From positions 20,026,001 through 20,090,000 of the forward strand of contig OX597842.1 of NCBI GenBank assembly GCA_951406725.2: DNA of 64,000 bases, written 5' to 3'. Positions within the stretch are counted from its first letter, which is position 1. Each line of letters opens with the position of its first letter. The notes beneath the pieces are model-generated. The model saw only the letters and a list, made by a program, of their open reading frames with translations, made no database searches and was not told the origin of the DNA. Both the position numbers and the translations under genes were made by a program. Of this stretch, positions 48,627 to 61,779 are shown piece after piece. The DNA is from Octopus vulgaris (lineage: Eukaryota).

Positions 48627-50660
48627 AGGAGCGGCTGTGTGGTAAGTAGCTTGTTTACCAAACACATGGTTCCAGGTTCAGTCCCACTGCATGGCACCTT
48701 GGGCAAGTGTCTTATACTATAGCCTCGGGCCAACCAAAGCCTTGTGAGTGGATTTGGTAGACGGAAACTGAAAGAAGCCCATCGTATGTATATATATATA
48801 TATAGGTGTAGGAGCGGCTGTGTGGTAAGTAGCTTGGTTACCAACCACATGGTTCCGGGTTCAGTCCCACTGCGTGGCACCTTGGACAAATATCTTCTAC
48901 TATAGCCTCGGGCCGACCAAATCCTTGTGAGTGGATTTGGTAGACGGAAACTGAAAGAAGCCCATCGTATGTATATATATATATAGGTGTAGGAGCGGCT
49001 GTGTGGTAAGTAGCTTGGTTACCAACCACATGGTTCCGGGTTCAGTCCCACTGCATGGCACCTTGGGCAAGTGTCTTCTACTATAGCCTCGGGACGACCA
49101 AAGCCTTGTGAGTTGATTTGGTAGACGGAAACTGAAAGAAGCCCATCGTATGTATATATATATATAGGTGTAGGAGCGGCTGTGTGGTAAGTAGCTTGGT
49201 TACCAACCACATGGTTCCGGGTTCAGTCCCACTGCATGGCACCTTGGGCAAGTGTCTTCTACTATAGCCTCGGGACGACCAAAGCCTTGTGAGTGGATTT
49301 GGTAGACGGAAACTGAAAGAAGCCCATCGTATGTATATATATATATAGGTGTAGGAGCGGCTGTGTGGTAAGTAGCTTGGTTACCAACCACATGGTTCCG
49401 GGTTCAGTCCCACTGCATGGCACCTTGGGCAAGTGTCTTCTACTATAGCCTCGGGACGACCAAAGCCTTGTGAGTGGATTTGGTAGACGGAAACTGAAAG
49501 AAGCCCATCGTATGTATATATATATATATAGGTGTTGGAGCGGCTGTGTGGTAAGTAGCTTGTTTACCAACCACATGGTTCCGGGTTCAGTCCCACTGCA
49601 TGGCACCTTGGGCAAGTGTCTTCTAGTATAGCCTCGGGACGACCAAAGCCTTGTGAGTGGATTTGGTAGACGGAAACTGAAAGAAGCCCATCGTATGTAT
49701 ATATATATATAGGTGTAGGAGCGGCTGTGTGGTAAGTAGCTTGGTTACCAACCACATGGTTCCGGGTTCAGTCCCACTGCATGGCACCTTGGGCAAGTGT
49801 CTTCTACTATAGCCTCGGGACGACCAAAGCCTTGTGAGTGGATTTGGTAGATGGAAACTGAAAGAAGCCCATCGTATGTATATATATATATATAGGTGTT
49901 GGAGCGGCTGTGTGGTAAGTAGCTTGTTTACCAACCACATGGTTCCGGGTTCAGTCCCACTGCATGGCACCTTGGGCAAGTGTCTTCTAGTATAGCCTCG
50001 GGACGACCAAAGCCTTGTGAGTGGATTTGGTAGACGGAAACTGAAAGAAGCCCATCGTATGTATATATATATATATATAGGTGTAGGAGTGGCTGTGTGG
50101 TAAGTAGCTTGGTTACCAACCACATGGTTCCGGGTTCAGTCCCACTGCATGGCACCTTGGGCAAGTGTCTTCTACTATAGCCTCGGGACGACCAAAGCCT
50201 TGTGAGTGGATTTGGTAGACGGAAACTGAAAGAAGCCCATCGTATGTATATATATATATATAGGTGTAGGAGCGGCTGTGTGGTAAGTAGCTTGGTTACC
50301 AACCACATGGTTCCGGGTTCAGTCCCACTGCATGGCACCTTGGGCAAGTGTCTTATACTATAGCCTCGGGACGACCAAAGCCTTGTGTGTGCATTTGGTA
50401 GACGGAAACTGAAAGAAGCCTGTTGTATATATGTATATATATATATATGTATGTGTGTGTTTGTGTTTATCCCCCTAGCATTGCTTGACAACCGATGCTG
50501 GTGTGTTTATGTCCCCGTGACTTAGCGGTTCGGTAAAAGAGACCGATAGAATAAGTACTGGGCTTACAAAGAATAAGTCCCAGGGTCGAGTTGCTCGATT
50601 AAAGGCAGTGCTCCAGCATGGCCGCAGTCAAATGACTGAAACAAGTAAAAAGAGAAAAGA
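48627..50660 (+). repeat. Tandem array of 10 OK-like SINE heads (~181-185 bp) ending in one complete SINE body
   Basis: Unit starts at about 48627, 48810, 48991, 49172, 49353, 49536, 49717, 49900, 50085 and 50268. Confidence 0.95.
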
Positions 50661-53600
50661 GATTGGACCTAGTCACAGCGATTTCCAGGAGACAAAACCA
50701 TTTGACATTCTTTTATTTTTTCCCTCCTAGTTTGTTGGAAGCGATTACTGTGCAGAACCATTGCTACACAGAATATAAGCAATGTGGTAGAAAGGGCCAT
50801 TTCTGACCTCCCACATGCTTAGATGAAATCTGAGCATTTTCTGCTATAAATATAATAATGAGAATAAGCAAGTTACCCAGAATAGCAAACGATTGGAGCA
50901 GCAAAGAAGCTTTTGGAGACCTGCATGTTTCCAGTATCAAGATAGAGACAGGATTTTTAAAACTGTCACAATACCTACACTGAAGACACTAGTAGTGGGC
51001 CAGTAGGTGGAGAACCAAACTGGTCCCTTATTTAAAATAAGACCTTCATCATAATGCTTATAAATGAGTCTCTAACCATAAGATACTTTTATCTTGTTTC
51101 ACTTTCATTTTCAAAGAGTACTCATTTGTTTTTGTTTATATGTTAATATAATAGTTTTAGCCATTATTTTCTATACTTTTTATGTGTTCTTAAGCAATAC
51201 TATTACCAAAAACCATATTCTGATATTCCCTCATAAATGCCTATCCATCTATGAGGGTAGGGTGAGGTACAAAGGCAGAGTATGTTTCCCACAGTACATG
51301 CTTGGCAAAATAGCAAATGGGGGATCAAAGTTTGCAAGATCTGTGAAGTCAATGCTGTATACTGCTGTGGGTTCAAATTCTAAAGAGGGAAAAGGGGACA
51401 CTACTGTAAGCTAAATGGCCCTTAAAACATGCACCAATTTTGTTTCTTTACTTGTATAATCACAATCGTACGATTATGCAAAAAAAAATATTCCTAAAAA
51501 TATAGAAGTTACGAGAAGTTATATGCTGAGCTTAAAGCAAACTTTTGCCATATTTTCTCTGCAAAACTACTTAAAAATGTCTTCCAATGGCTTTATGATA
51601 AAATATTAACCCACTGGTGGGGTAGTTCTGTATTTTTTCATGATTAATGCAGTGGGGTATGGAGAACCCCATTAATAGTTTTAGCCATTTTTTTTAGTAC
51701 TTTTTATGACTTTAGATGTGTTCCTAAGCAATAATATTACCAAAAACTGTATTCTAGAAGCAATGTTATAAATCCTAATTCATTCCCAGAAAAATATTTT
51801 ACCTCTAAAATTTATAAAACTTGTAAATAAATGACATCACAGTGTCTCGGTAGAGAAAGTGTTAGTTGAAGGCTGCAAAACCTGCCACACACACACGACA
51901 ACTTCAGCTTTATATATATAGATATATCGTGCAATGCCACTCCCTGTAAGAAGCATTTGTGCCAGTTCATGTAAAAAGCACACATGCTGATCCATGTGGT
52001 TATTCAACTTACTCCTTCCCCTGAAATTGCTGGCCTTGTGCCAAAATACTGTCAGATACAATAATGCCTTGATATATGAGTTAATTTCTTCCTGGAGATT
52101 GCTCCTAAAGTGAAAACTCATAAAGCAAAGCAATAATTTCCCAGAGAAGCAATGTTATAAATTGTAATTCATTCCCAGAAAAATATTTTACCAATAAAAT
52201 TTATAATACTTGTAAATAAATGACAATAAAACAACAGTAGAATGTAAAGAATATTTTATGTAAAGTCAAAAACAATGTCAAGATCATTTAGAATAGACAA
52301 AAAATATATAATTGTTTTCTGAATCACTCTGAAAAGACTCAGGGACACCATCATTTGTAGACGTGACAACTGATTCACAAGCAAAGAAACTTGCAAAGTT
52401 CTCTGCAAAACTATTTTAAAATGTCTTCCAATGGCTTTATGATGAACCATCTTAACCCACTGGTGGGGTAGTTCTGTATTTTTCATCATTGGTGTGGTTG
52501 GGGTATGGAGAACCCCATTAATAGTTTTAGCTTGTTTTTTAGTATTTTCTATGACTTTAGATGTGTTCCTAAGCAATAATATTACCAAAAACCATATTCT
52601 GATATAATGTGTTTAACATGTAAACAAAAACGGCGAGTACTCTTTGAAAATGAAAGTGAAACTAGATAAAAGTATCTTATGGAGGGGAGAGTGGTCCTTT
52701 CATATTCACTGTTTACTCATTGTTTGCACTCTCATCCTCATCACTCTGAGCAAAGAAGTCGATGCAGATGTGCATCGCATGTTGCAAGCAGATTGGCTTG
52801 GAGAACTTTTGGAAGAAATTTCTTGTTTTGTGATCTTTTGACCTGGAGCATAATGACCATCTTTGTATGAAATCTTCATGATAACATCATCATCATCATC
52901 GTTTAACGTCCGCTTTCCATGCTAGCATGGGTTGGACGGTTCAACTGGGGTCTGGGAAGCCAGAAGGCTGTGCCAGGCCCAGTCTTATCTGGCAGTGTTT
53001 CTATGGCTGGATGCCCTTCCTAACGACAACCACTCCATGAGTGTAGTGGGTGCTTTTTACGTGCCACCGGCACAGGTGCCAGGGGAGGCTGGTAACGGCC
53101 ACGATCGGATGGTGCTTTTTACATGCCATCTTGGAGGTAATTCTTTAGATGCTGAGAAATGTCGAATCTTATTTTCCATGTCTTTCCTCAAATATGGATG
53201 GGTTTTGTCTTGCAATGATGAATTTGGTCCTCCACCAACTTCAGTCCCGATTCCCTCAGAAACTTTCAGACCCTGATAGCTGTTTGAGGGTTTGCCATGA
53301 ACATATTGTATACATTTATTCCTGCAACATTGAGTATGGTGAAGAAAACTGTAAGTGGCCAACATCGAGTATTTCTGGAAACATCGTACATGGAACACAA
53401 TTGATCCACCACGGGGCCTACCCCTTCTTTAGTAATGTTGTAGAAGGTTCTAATCTCTGGTTTTCTTTTTTCTTTCGTACTTACATCAATTGCAGCATCA
53501 TGATGCATTGTACTCCATAGGACGACATTTTTACCTTTCGTGGGAACATATGGGGTCAGTGTAACATCCTTCTGGAAACCAAACAAGCTTGTATATTCAG

Positions 53601-53787
53601 TTCTGCCTCTTGTGGCAACAAACTGAGGGGAAGTTCTATCTTGTTCTTTCTGAAAGGGTCAACAAATGTTAATCTATATTTCTCCAAGAGATTAACTCTA
53701 AATCCATAACTTGTAAACCAATTATCCATGGTAATATTTCTTCCAGACCCTTTTATATGAGACCCCAACCATTTTACCACTGCTGCT

Positions 53788-54155
53788 GTTGCTGTTGAGT
53801 GTAGCGATCTTCGTCCTTGTGGGAGAAGTCCGAAACGTGGTCCTTTGCTATTCGTAAGACCCGCAGGAGAGAAAGCAGGTCAACCCCCGACACCGAGAGC
53901 ATCGACGGATGGATGAATGCGCATCCAGGCTCAGTGGTTGCGTAGGAAGTCGGGGACAAGAAACAGGAAGAAAGAGTGAGAGAAAGTTGGGGCGAAAGAG
54001 TACAACAGGGGTCGCCACTACCCCTTGCTGGAGCCTCATGGAGCTTTAGGTGTTTTTCGCTCAATAAACACATACAACGCCTGGTCTGGAAATCAAAACC
54101 GCGATCCTCTGACCACGAGTCCGCTGCCCTGACCATTGGGCCATTGCGCCTGCAC
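53788..54155 (-). mobile_element. OR-like SINE, tail type B, 13-bp TSD
   Basis: taccactgctgct at 53775-53787 and 54156-54168. Confidence 0.85.
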
Positions 54156-54618
54156 TACCACTGCTGCTCCTGAATTACCTATAGAAGGGCCTTCTGCTTG
54201 TTTCCCCAAGTAGACCTCCATATATGATGCATAGAAAGTTTTAGCATCGGCCAAAAGAAAAAATTTTTATGCCATATTTTGCTGGTTTAAAATGGATAGT
54301 TCTCTGTAAAGGCAGCCAACATTTCATCTACTGTCGCATACACTGAGATATTATAATTCAAGATACACTTAGCCATAAATTTCTCAAAGGACTTTCTAAA
54401 AGGTGCAATCTTATCCTCTCGCCTCCTTTCAGCTCAGGTGTGGATGTCATCAAACCTCAGAGACCCCAGCGAGAAATGAAACTTCTGCAAAGATATAGTT
54501 GCTGGAAAACTTTTAATTCCTGTACCGCCCAAACATCTTCCATATTCGTTCGGTTGCCTGTAAAACTCCCAACAGATAAAGAAGTCCTATTGTAGCTTTC
54601 ATCTCCCTTTCATTAATC

Positions 54619-57082
54619 TTTTACTTGTTTCAGTCATTTGACTGCGGCCATGCTGGAGCACCGCCTTTTAGTCGAGCAAATCGACCCCAAGACTTATTCT
54701 TTGTAAGCCTCGTACTTATTCTATCGGTCTCTTTTGCCGAACTGCTAAGTTACGGGGATGTAATCACACCAGCATCGGTTGTCAAGTGATGTTGGGGGCA
54801 CAAACATAGACACACAAACACACACGTTTATATACATATATACGACGGGCTTCTTTCAGTTTCCGTCTATCAAATCCACTCACAAGGCTTTGGTTGGCCC
54901 CAGGCTATAGTAGAAGACACTTGCCCAAGATGCCACGCAGTGGGACTGAACCCAGAACTATGTGGTTGGTAAGCAAGCTACTTACCACACAGCCACTACT
55001 ACGCCTACATATATATGACGGGCTTCTTTCAGTTTCTGTCTACAAAATCCACTCACAAGGCTTTGGTTGGCCTGAGGCTATAGTAGAAGACACTTGCCCA
55101 AGATACCATGCAGTGGGACTGAACCCGGAACCATGTGGTTGGTAAGCAAGCTACTTACTACATAGCCACTCCTACGCCTACATATATACGACGGGCTTCT
55201 TTCAGTTTCTGTCTATCAAATCCACTCACAAGGCTTTGGTTGGCCTGAGGCTATAGTAGAAGACACTTGCCCAAGATGCCACGCAGTGGGACTGAACCCA
55301 GAACCATGTGGTTGGTAAGCAAGCTACTTACCACACAGCCACTCCTACACCTACATATATACGACGGGCTTCTTTCAGTTTCCGTCTATCAAATCCACTC
55401 ACAAGGCTTTGGTTGGCCTGAGGCTATAGTAGAAGACACTTTCCCAAGATGCCAGGCAGTGGGACTGAACCCGGAACCATGTGGTTGGTAAGCAAGCTAC
55501 TTACCACACAGCCACTCCTACGCCTACATATATACGACGGGCTTCTTTCAGTTTCCGTCTATCAAATCCACTCACAAGGCTTTGGTTGGCCTGAGGCTAT
55601 AGTAGAAGACACTTGCCCATGATGCCACGCAGTGGGACTGAACCCAGAACTATGTGGTTGGTAAGCAAGCTACTTACCACACAGCCACTCCTATGCCTAC
55701 ATATATACGACGGGCTTCTTTCAGTTTACGTCTATCAAATCCACTCACAAGGCTTTGGTTGGCCTGAGGCTATAGTAGAAGACACTCGCCCAAGATGCCA
55801 CGCAGTGGGACTGAACCCGGAACCATGTGGTTGGTAAGCAAGCTACTTACCACACAGCCACTCCTATGCCTACATATATACGACGCGCTTCTTTCAGTTT
55901 CCGTCTATCAAATCCACTCACAAGGCTTTGGTTGGCCTGAGGCTATAGTAGAAGACACTCGCCCAAGATGCCACGCAGTGGGACTGAACCCGGAACCATG
56001 TGGTTGGTAAGCAAGCTACTTACCACACAGCCACTCCTATGCCTACATATATACGACGGGCTTCTTTCAGTTTACGTCTATCAAATCCACTCACAAGGCT
56101 TTGGTTGGCCTGAGGCTATAGTAGAAGACACTCGCCCAAGATGCCACGCAGTGGGACTGAACCCAGAACTATGTGGTTGGTAAGCAAGCTACTTACCACA
56201 CAGCCACTCCTACGCCTACATATATACGACGGGCTTCTTTCAGTTTACGTCTATCAAATCCACTCACAAGGCTTTGGTTGGCCTGAGGCTATAGTAGAAG
56301 ACACTCGCCCAAGATGCCACGCAGTGGGACTGAACCCGGAACCATGTGGTTGGTAAGCAAGCTACTTACCACACAGCCACTCCTACGCCTACATATATAC
56401 GACGGGCTTCTTTCAGTTTCCGTCTATCAAATCCACTCACAAGGCTTTGGTTGGCCTGAGGCTATAGTAGAAGACACTCGCCCAAGATGCCACGCAGTGG
56501 GACTGAACCCGGAACCATGTGGTTGGTAAGCAAGCTACTTACCACACAGCCACTCCTATGCCTACATATATACGACGGGCTTCTTTCAGTTTACGTCTAT
56601 CAAATCCACTCACAAGGCTTTGGTTGGCCTGAGGCTATAGTAGAAGACACTCGCCCAAGATGCCAGGCAGTGGGACTGAACCCGGAACCATGTGGTTGGT
56701 AAGCAAGCTACTTACCACACAGCCACTCCTATGCCTACATATATACGACGGGCTTCTTTCAGTTTCCGTCTACCAAATCCACTCACAAGGCTTTGGTTGG
56801 CCTGAGGCTATAGTAGAAGACACTCGCCCAAGATGCCAGGCAGTGGGACTGAACCCGGAACCATGTGGTTGGTAAGCAAGCTACTTACCACACAGCCACT
56901 CCTATGCCTACATATATACGACGGGCTTCTTTCAGTTTCCGTCTACCAAATCCACTCACAAGGCTTTGGTTGGCCTGAGGCTATAGTAGAAGACACTCGC
57001 CCAAGATGCCAGGCAGTGGGACTGAACCCGGAACCATGTGGTTGGTAAGCAAGCTACTTACCACACAGCCACTCCTGCACCT
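54619..57082 (-). repeat. Tandem array of 13 OK-like SINE heads (173 bp) attached to one SINE body
   Basis: Exact 173-bp period, also visible in the ORF track (55795, 55968, 56141...); body at 54619-54840. Confidence 0.95.
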
Positions 57083-58010
57083 AAGTGTCTCTTTTTACCT
57101 ATCTTCATATTTTCGTTGTTTATTGTCAATGTAGATATTACTGCAAGCTTCGAATTCATTCAGAAGTTCTTGTCTGAGAAACAAAGACCTTTACAGCAGA
57201 CACAGGTTTTGCTGCTCCTCTTGGGTCCTGGGGAATCCTGGTAATTGTTCTGTGCACGTGTATGCCGTGGAAGGCATGGGGGAATTCCTTTCCAGAAAGT
57301 TCCATTATCATTATCGTTTAATGTCTGTTTTCCATGCTAGCACGGGTTGGACGGTTCAACTGGGGTCTGGGAAGCCAGGGGCTGCACCAGGCTCCAGTCT
57401 GATCTAGCAGTGTTTCTACAGCTGGATGCCCTTCCTAACGCCAACCACTCCGTGGGTGTAGTAGGTGCTTTTAATGTGTCACCGGCACAGAAGCCAGTCA
57501 AGGCAGCGCTGGCATCGGCTACGTTTGGATGGTGCTTTTCACGTGCCACCGCCACGGAGGCCAGTTAGGGCAGCGCTGGCTACGGCCACGTTCGGATGGT
57601 TCCCTTACGTGCCACCGACACTGGTATCACAGCTACAAATTCCATTGATGTTGATCGATTGCAATTTTGATTTTGATTTGCCCCAAAAATGTTTTTCTCT
57701 GTTCCTGGTAGTCTGCTGTTCATCTTCATCACCAGCTTCTTCCCTTCCTTCTAAAGAATCATCTGGTGAAGTCTGCAACATGCCATCTGCTTCAGTTCCT
57801 CCCTCATCATCTCTTATTTCTTCCTCAGCTTTACTCTCTTCTTTTGGAAGCAATTTCTTGTCTTACGATCTTTTGACCTGGGGCACAACGAGCATCTTTT
57901 TATGGAATCTTCATGATAATATCTTGGAGGTACCAGGTTCAATTCTCTTCAGATTCCTCTTCATTTGGTTCTTCGTCAAGAAATGATTCTCATTCTTCTA
58001 TGTCTAATTC

Positions 58011-59050
58011 AAGTCTTCAAGTTTTCTACTATATGGCTCAGAAACCTGGACGTTATCAAAGAAGCTTGAGAGGCGGTTGGATGGAACTTCATCATCTGAA
58101 AAAGATTTTCTAACTATAAAGGGTATGGCCTGGTCAGCCTGTAATTATATGCATAAAATGTGGTCATCAAATCTAAGTAGAGACTTCAAACTTAAAATCT
58201 TCAAAGCCACAGTCGAACCAATTCTACTCTATGGCTCAGAAACCTGGATGTTATCAAAGAAGCTTGAGAGGCGGTTGGATGGAACCTACACTCGCCTCCT
58301 TATGAGAGCTCAAAATCTCTTGTGGAAGCATCATCCAACCAAAGTACATATATATGGGAAACTACCACCCGTGTCATCTCTTGTAAAAGGTAGAAGAGTC
58401 CAGTTTGCTGGACATTGTTGTAGAGCTGAAAACGAGGTAATTTCTGCTCTTCTCCTCTGGAAGCCATCTACTCATAATACCAGAGGGTGCACACTCTCCT
58501 ACCCTGATGTAATCTCCAGGGATACAGGCATCCAGCAACAGGACCTCTGTAATGCCATGATGGACCGTGAAGTCTGGTGTAGCATGGTAAATTCCATTGT
58601 CTCGACCACAGTTGCGATACCAGAGGGCACACACTCTCCTACCCTGATGTAATCTCCAGGGATACAGGCATCCAGCAACAGGACCTCTGTAATGCTATGA
58701 TGGACCGTGAAGTCTGGCGTAGCATGGTAAATTCCATTGTCTCGACCACGGTCGCGATACCAGAGGGCGCACACTCTCCTACTCTGATGTAATCTCCAGG
58801 GATACAGGCATCCAGCAACAGGACCTCCGTAATGCTATGATGGACAGTGAAGTCTGGCGTAGCATGGTAAATTCCATTGTCTTGACCACAGTCGCGATAC
58901 CAGAGGGCACACACTCTCCTACCCTGATGTAATCTCCAGCGATACAGGCATCCAGCAACAGGACCTCCGTAATGCTATGATGGACCGTGAAGTCTGGCGT
59001 AGCATGGTAAATTCCATTGTCTTGACCACGGTGAAGCAATGATGATGATG
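58011..59050 (+). mobile_element. 5'-truncated RTE-group LINE with quadruplicated 140-bp 3' end and 11-bp TSD
   Basis: KLKIFKATVEPILLYGSETW...DREVW; atgtctaattc at 58000-58010 and 59051-59061; (GAT)n tail. Confidence 0.85.
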
Positions 59051-59100
59051 ATGTCTAATTCTCTCCCAATTGTGCCATTTGTCTGTCGTAGTTCACTGTG

Positions 59101-59485
59101 GTGGAAGCACTCCGTCGGTTACGACGACGAGGGTTCCGATTGATCCGAATCAACGGAACAGCCTGCTCGTGAAATTAACGTGTAAGTGGCTGAGCACTCC
59201 ACAGACACGTGCACCCTTAAGGTAGTTCTCGGGGATATTCAGCGTGACACAGAGAGTGACAAGGCCGGCCCTTTGAAATACAGGTACAACAGAAACAGGA
59301 AGTAAGAGTGAGAGAAAGTTGTGGTGAAAGAGTACAGCAGGGATCACCACCATCCCTGCTGGAGCCTTGTGGAGCTTTAGGTGTTTTCACTCAATAAACA
59401 CTCACAACGCCCGGTCTGGGAATCGAAACTGCGATCCTACGACCGCGAGTCCGCTGCCCTAACCACTGGGCCATTGCACCTCCAC
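59101..59485 (-). mobile_element. OR-like SINE, tail type A, 11-bp TSD with one mismatch
   Basis: agttc(a/g)ctgtg at 59090-59100 and 59486-59496. Confidence 0.85.
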
Positions 59486-61442
59486 AGTTCGCTGTGAACC
59501 TGAAAGGAAAGATTTTGCACCTTTTATGGCATTCACAACCATCCAATAACACAAAAAAAAGTTGGACACTTGATAATAATTTATAATTTTATGCAAGAAA
59601 TAATTAGCGTTTCAGATATAAAAATAAATAAACAATTATACAGAAAAGGAAATAAAATCACAAAAGGTCCTTGACTTGCTTAAAGAAAACAACTTCCAGG
59701 CCAGATTCCCGAAGCAGTAGGAATTGTGGGGCCAGTGTACAAATCCTAAACCAAAAGAAACACAAACAGGAGGTGCAGCAAGTCACCCTTATAGGGATCA
59801 CCGAACGCATTCTGTAAGGCAAGGCGCCAACAATGGTAAGAACTTCACTGTGGCAAATGTCACAGGTGGAAGAAATGGTTCACACTTCATTTCCTATTCT
59901 TAAGGATTTTGTTCTTGTTGGCTACGGAAGCAGTGACCCTTTGATTATAATTGAAGATATTTATGCTAAAGCAATGGGTATACATATGCAAATGTACCCC
60001 ACCGACTTTGTTTCTTCATAACTTCTGGAAAAATGGGTATTTTTAAATGAAAATTTTGAGAAATACCTTTAAGAAAGTGTAGATTGCAATTATATTGGAA
60101 TAGCACACGTTGGTGGGACACCACACACACACATACACATCACATTCTTTTGCATTCTAAGATTCAGTCAAAATTTTCAAATTTGGAATATTCATGTAAT
60201 TTTCCATGCTGAATCTGCTACCGCTCACTTTTTCTGGACATAATTTTTTAAAAAGTGGACCTTTTCTGTTTGTGTTTTTCCCTTCAGCTCCTTCGGTTTC
60301 AAATTTATTGATTTCGAGTTTAGTGTATTGATGTAGTTTTGTCTGTTAATTATATAAATGAAATTAGTTGTTGTCCTAAGTTGATAAATATACAGTTAAT
60401 AGCTTTTAAGATTTTTAAACTCCCAGTAAAAGACGGAGCAGAGTTTTGGAAAAAATATTGCTAAAATATGGATATAATTTATTTAAAAAAACCAACTATG
60501 CCAATGCAGTCAGTGAAAGTCTTATTATCATCATCATCGCCACGTTCGGATGGTTTTCTTGTGTGCCACGTGCCACCGGCACTGGTACCACAAAGATACA
60601 AATTCCATTGATGTTCATCTATTTTGATTTGTTTTGATTTTCACTTGCCTCAACAGGTCTTCACAAGTGTCACAAGAAGGAAGGTATGCACAGGTGGACT
60701 GACTACGTCCCAGGTAGGGACCACGGGTTATGGCCTGACTAGTCTTGCCGGGTCTCTCGGATGGTGTTTTTTATGTGCCACCGACACAGGTGCTAGATGA
60801 GGCTAGCGAACGGCCACGATCGGATGGTGTTTGTCATGTGCCCACAGCACGGAGGCCAGTCGATGCGGTACTGGCTACGGCCACTTTCGGATGGTTTTCT
60901 CTTGTGTGCCACCGGCACTTTTACCACGAAGATACAAATTCCATTGATGTTCATCTATTTTGATTTGTTTTGATTTGATTTGATTTTCACTTGCCTCAAC
61001 AGGCCTTCACAAGTATCACAAGGAGGAAGGTATGCACAGGTGGACTGACTACGTCCCAGGTAGGGGCCATGGTTTATGGCCTGACTAGTCTTGCCGGGTC
61101 TTCGGATGGTGTTTTTATGTGCCACCGACACAGGTGCTAGATGAGGCTGGCGACGTCCCAGGTAGGGGCCATGGTTTATGGCCTGACTAGTCTTGCCGGG
61201 TCTTCGGATGGTGTTTTTATGTGCCACCGACACTGGTGCTAGATGAGGCTGGCGAACGGCCACGATTGGATGGTGTTTGTTGTGCCCACAGCACGATGGC
61301 CAGTGATGCGGTACTGACTACCGAATTATTTCTTCTTTCCAGACATCAGTTGAACCGTCCAACCCATGCTAGCATGGAAAGCAGATGCTAAACGATGATG
61401 ATGATGAAAAGAACACAAATTGTAGTGTTCTTATACTGATGT

Positions 61443-61576
61443 TTATTTTGTAAAATATTTATAGCCAAAGAAAGCGAGTCCGACAAGGATTGCAGCAAGG
61501 ATCAGTGAGCCAAAAATGATTCCGACAATCTCAAGTATACTGTAGGTTTTTGGTTTAGGAGGTTCAGGTTTCGGAT
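61443..61576 (-). CDS. Terminal exon of the Ig-like receptor: Pro/Lys stalk, transmembrane helix, short cytoplasmic tail
   Basis: Acceptor gtttgtcaattgcag|AT; joins exon C in frame (A+AT=Asn): NPKPEPPKPKTYSILEIVGIIFGSLILAAILVGLAFFGYKYFTK*. Confidence 0.7.
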
Positions 61577-61779
61577 CTGCAATTGACAAACAATAAAATA
61601 TATACCTTTTGTTTTTAATAAAAAATAGTAATATCTCCCAAGTTTGACCATTTTCATACTAAACTATTAAAAAATACTTTCGTTTCTGTTATACAAATTC
61701 CATTTCAAAGTGATCTAAAGGAAAAGTCCCCATCAAAATTTCCAGTAACACTATGTTGCACACATGAGCTTGGTTATAT

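Larger units (their letters stand above)
52710..59090 (-). mobile_element. Fragmented piggyBac (PGBD) transposase remnant hosting several nested retroposons
   Basis: GRNITMDNWFTS; YVPTKGKNVVLWSTMH; KPEI..FYN.TK.GV..VDQL...Y...R.T..WPL..FF..LNVA.IN; degenerate Cys-rich C-terminus near 52850-52760; acidic N-terminal pieces at 57690-58000. Confidence 0.8.

Noticed and set aside
55267-57048. Repeated 71-aa ORFs (GLNPEPCGW)
   Set aside because: Antisense translation of SINE sequence, found in every copy
54842-57082. CRISPR-like or tRNA-gene array
   Set aside because: No unique spacers and a eukaryotic context; units are SINE heads without a complete cloverleaf
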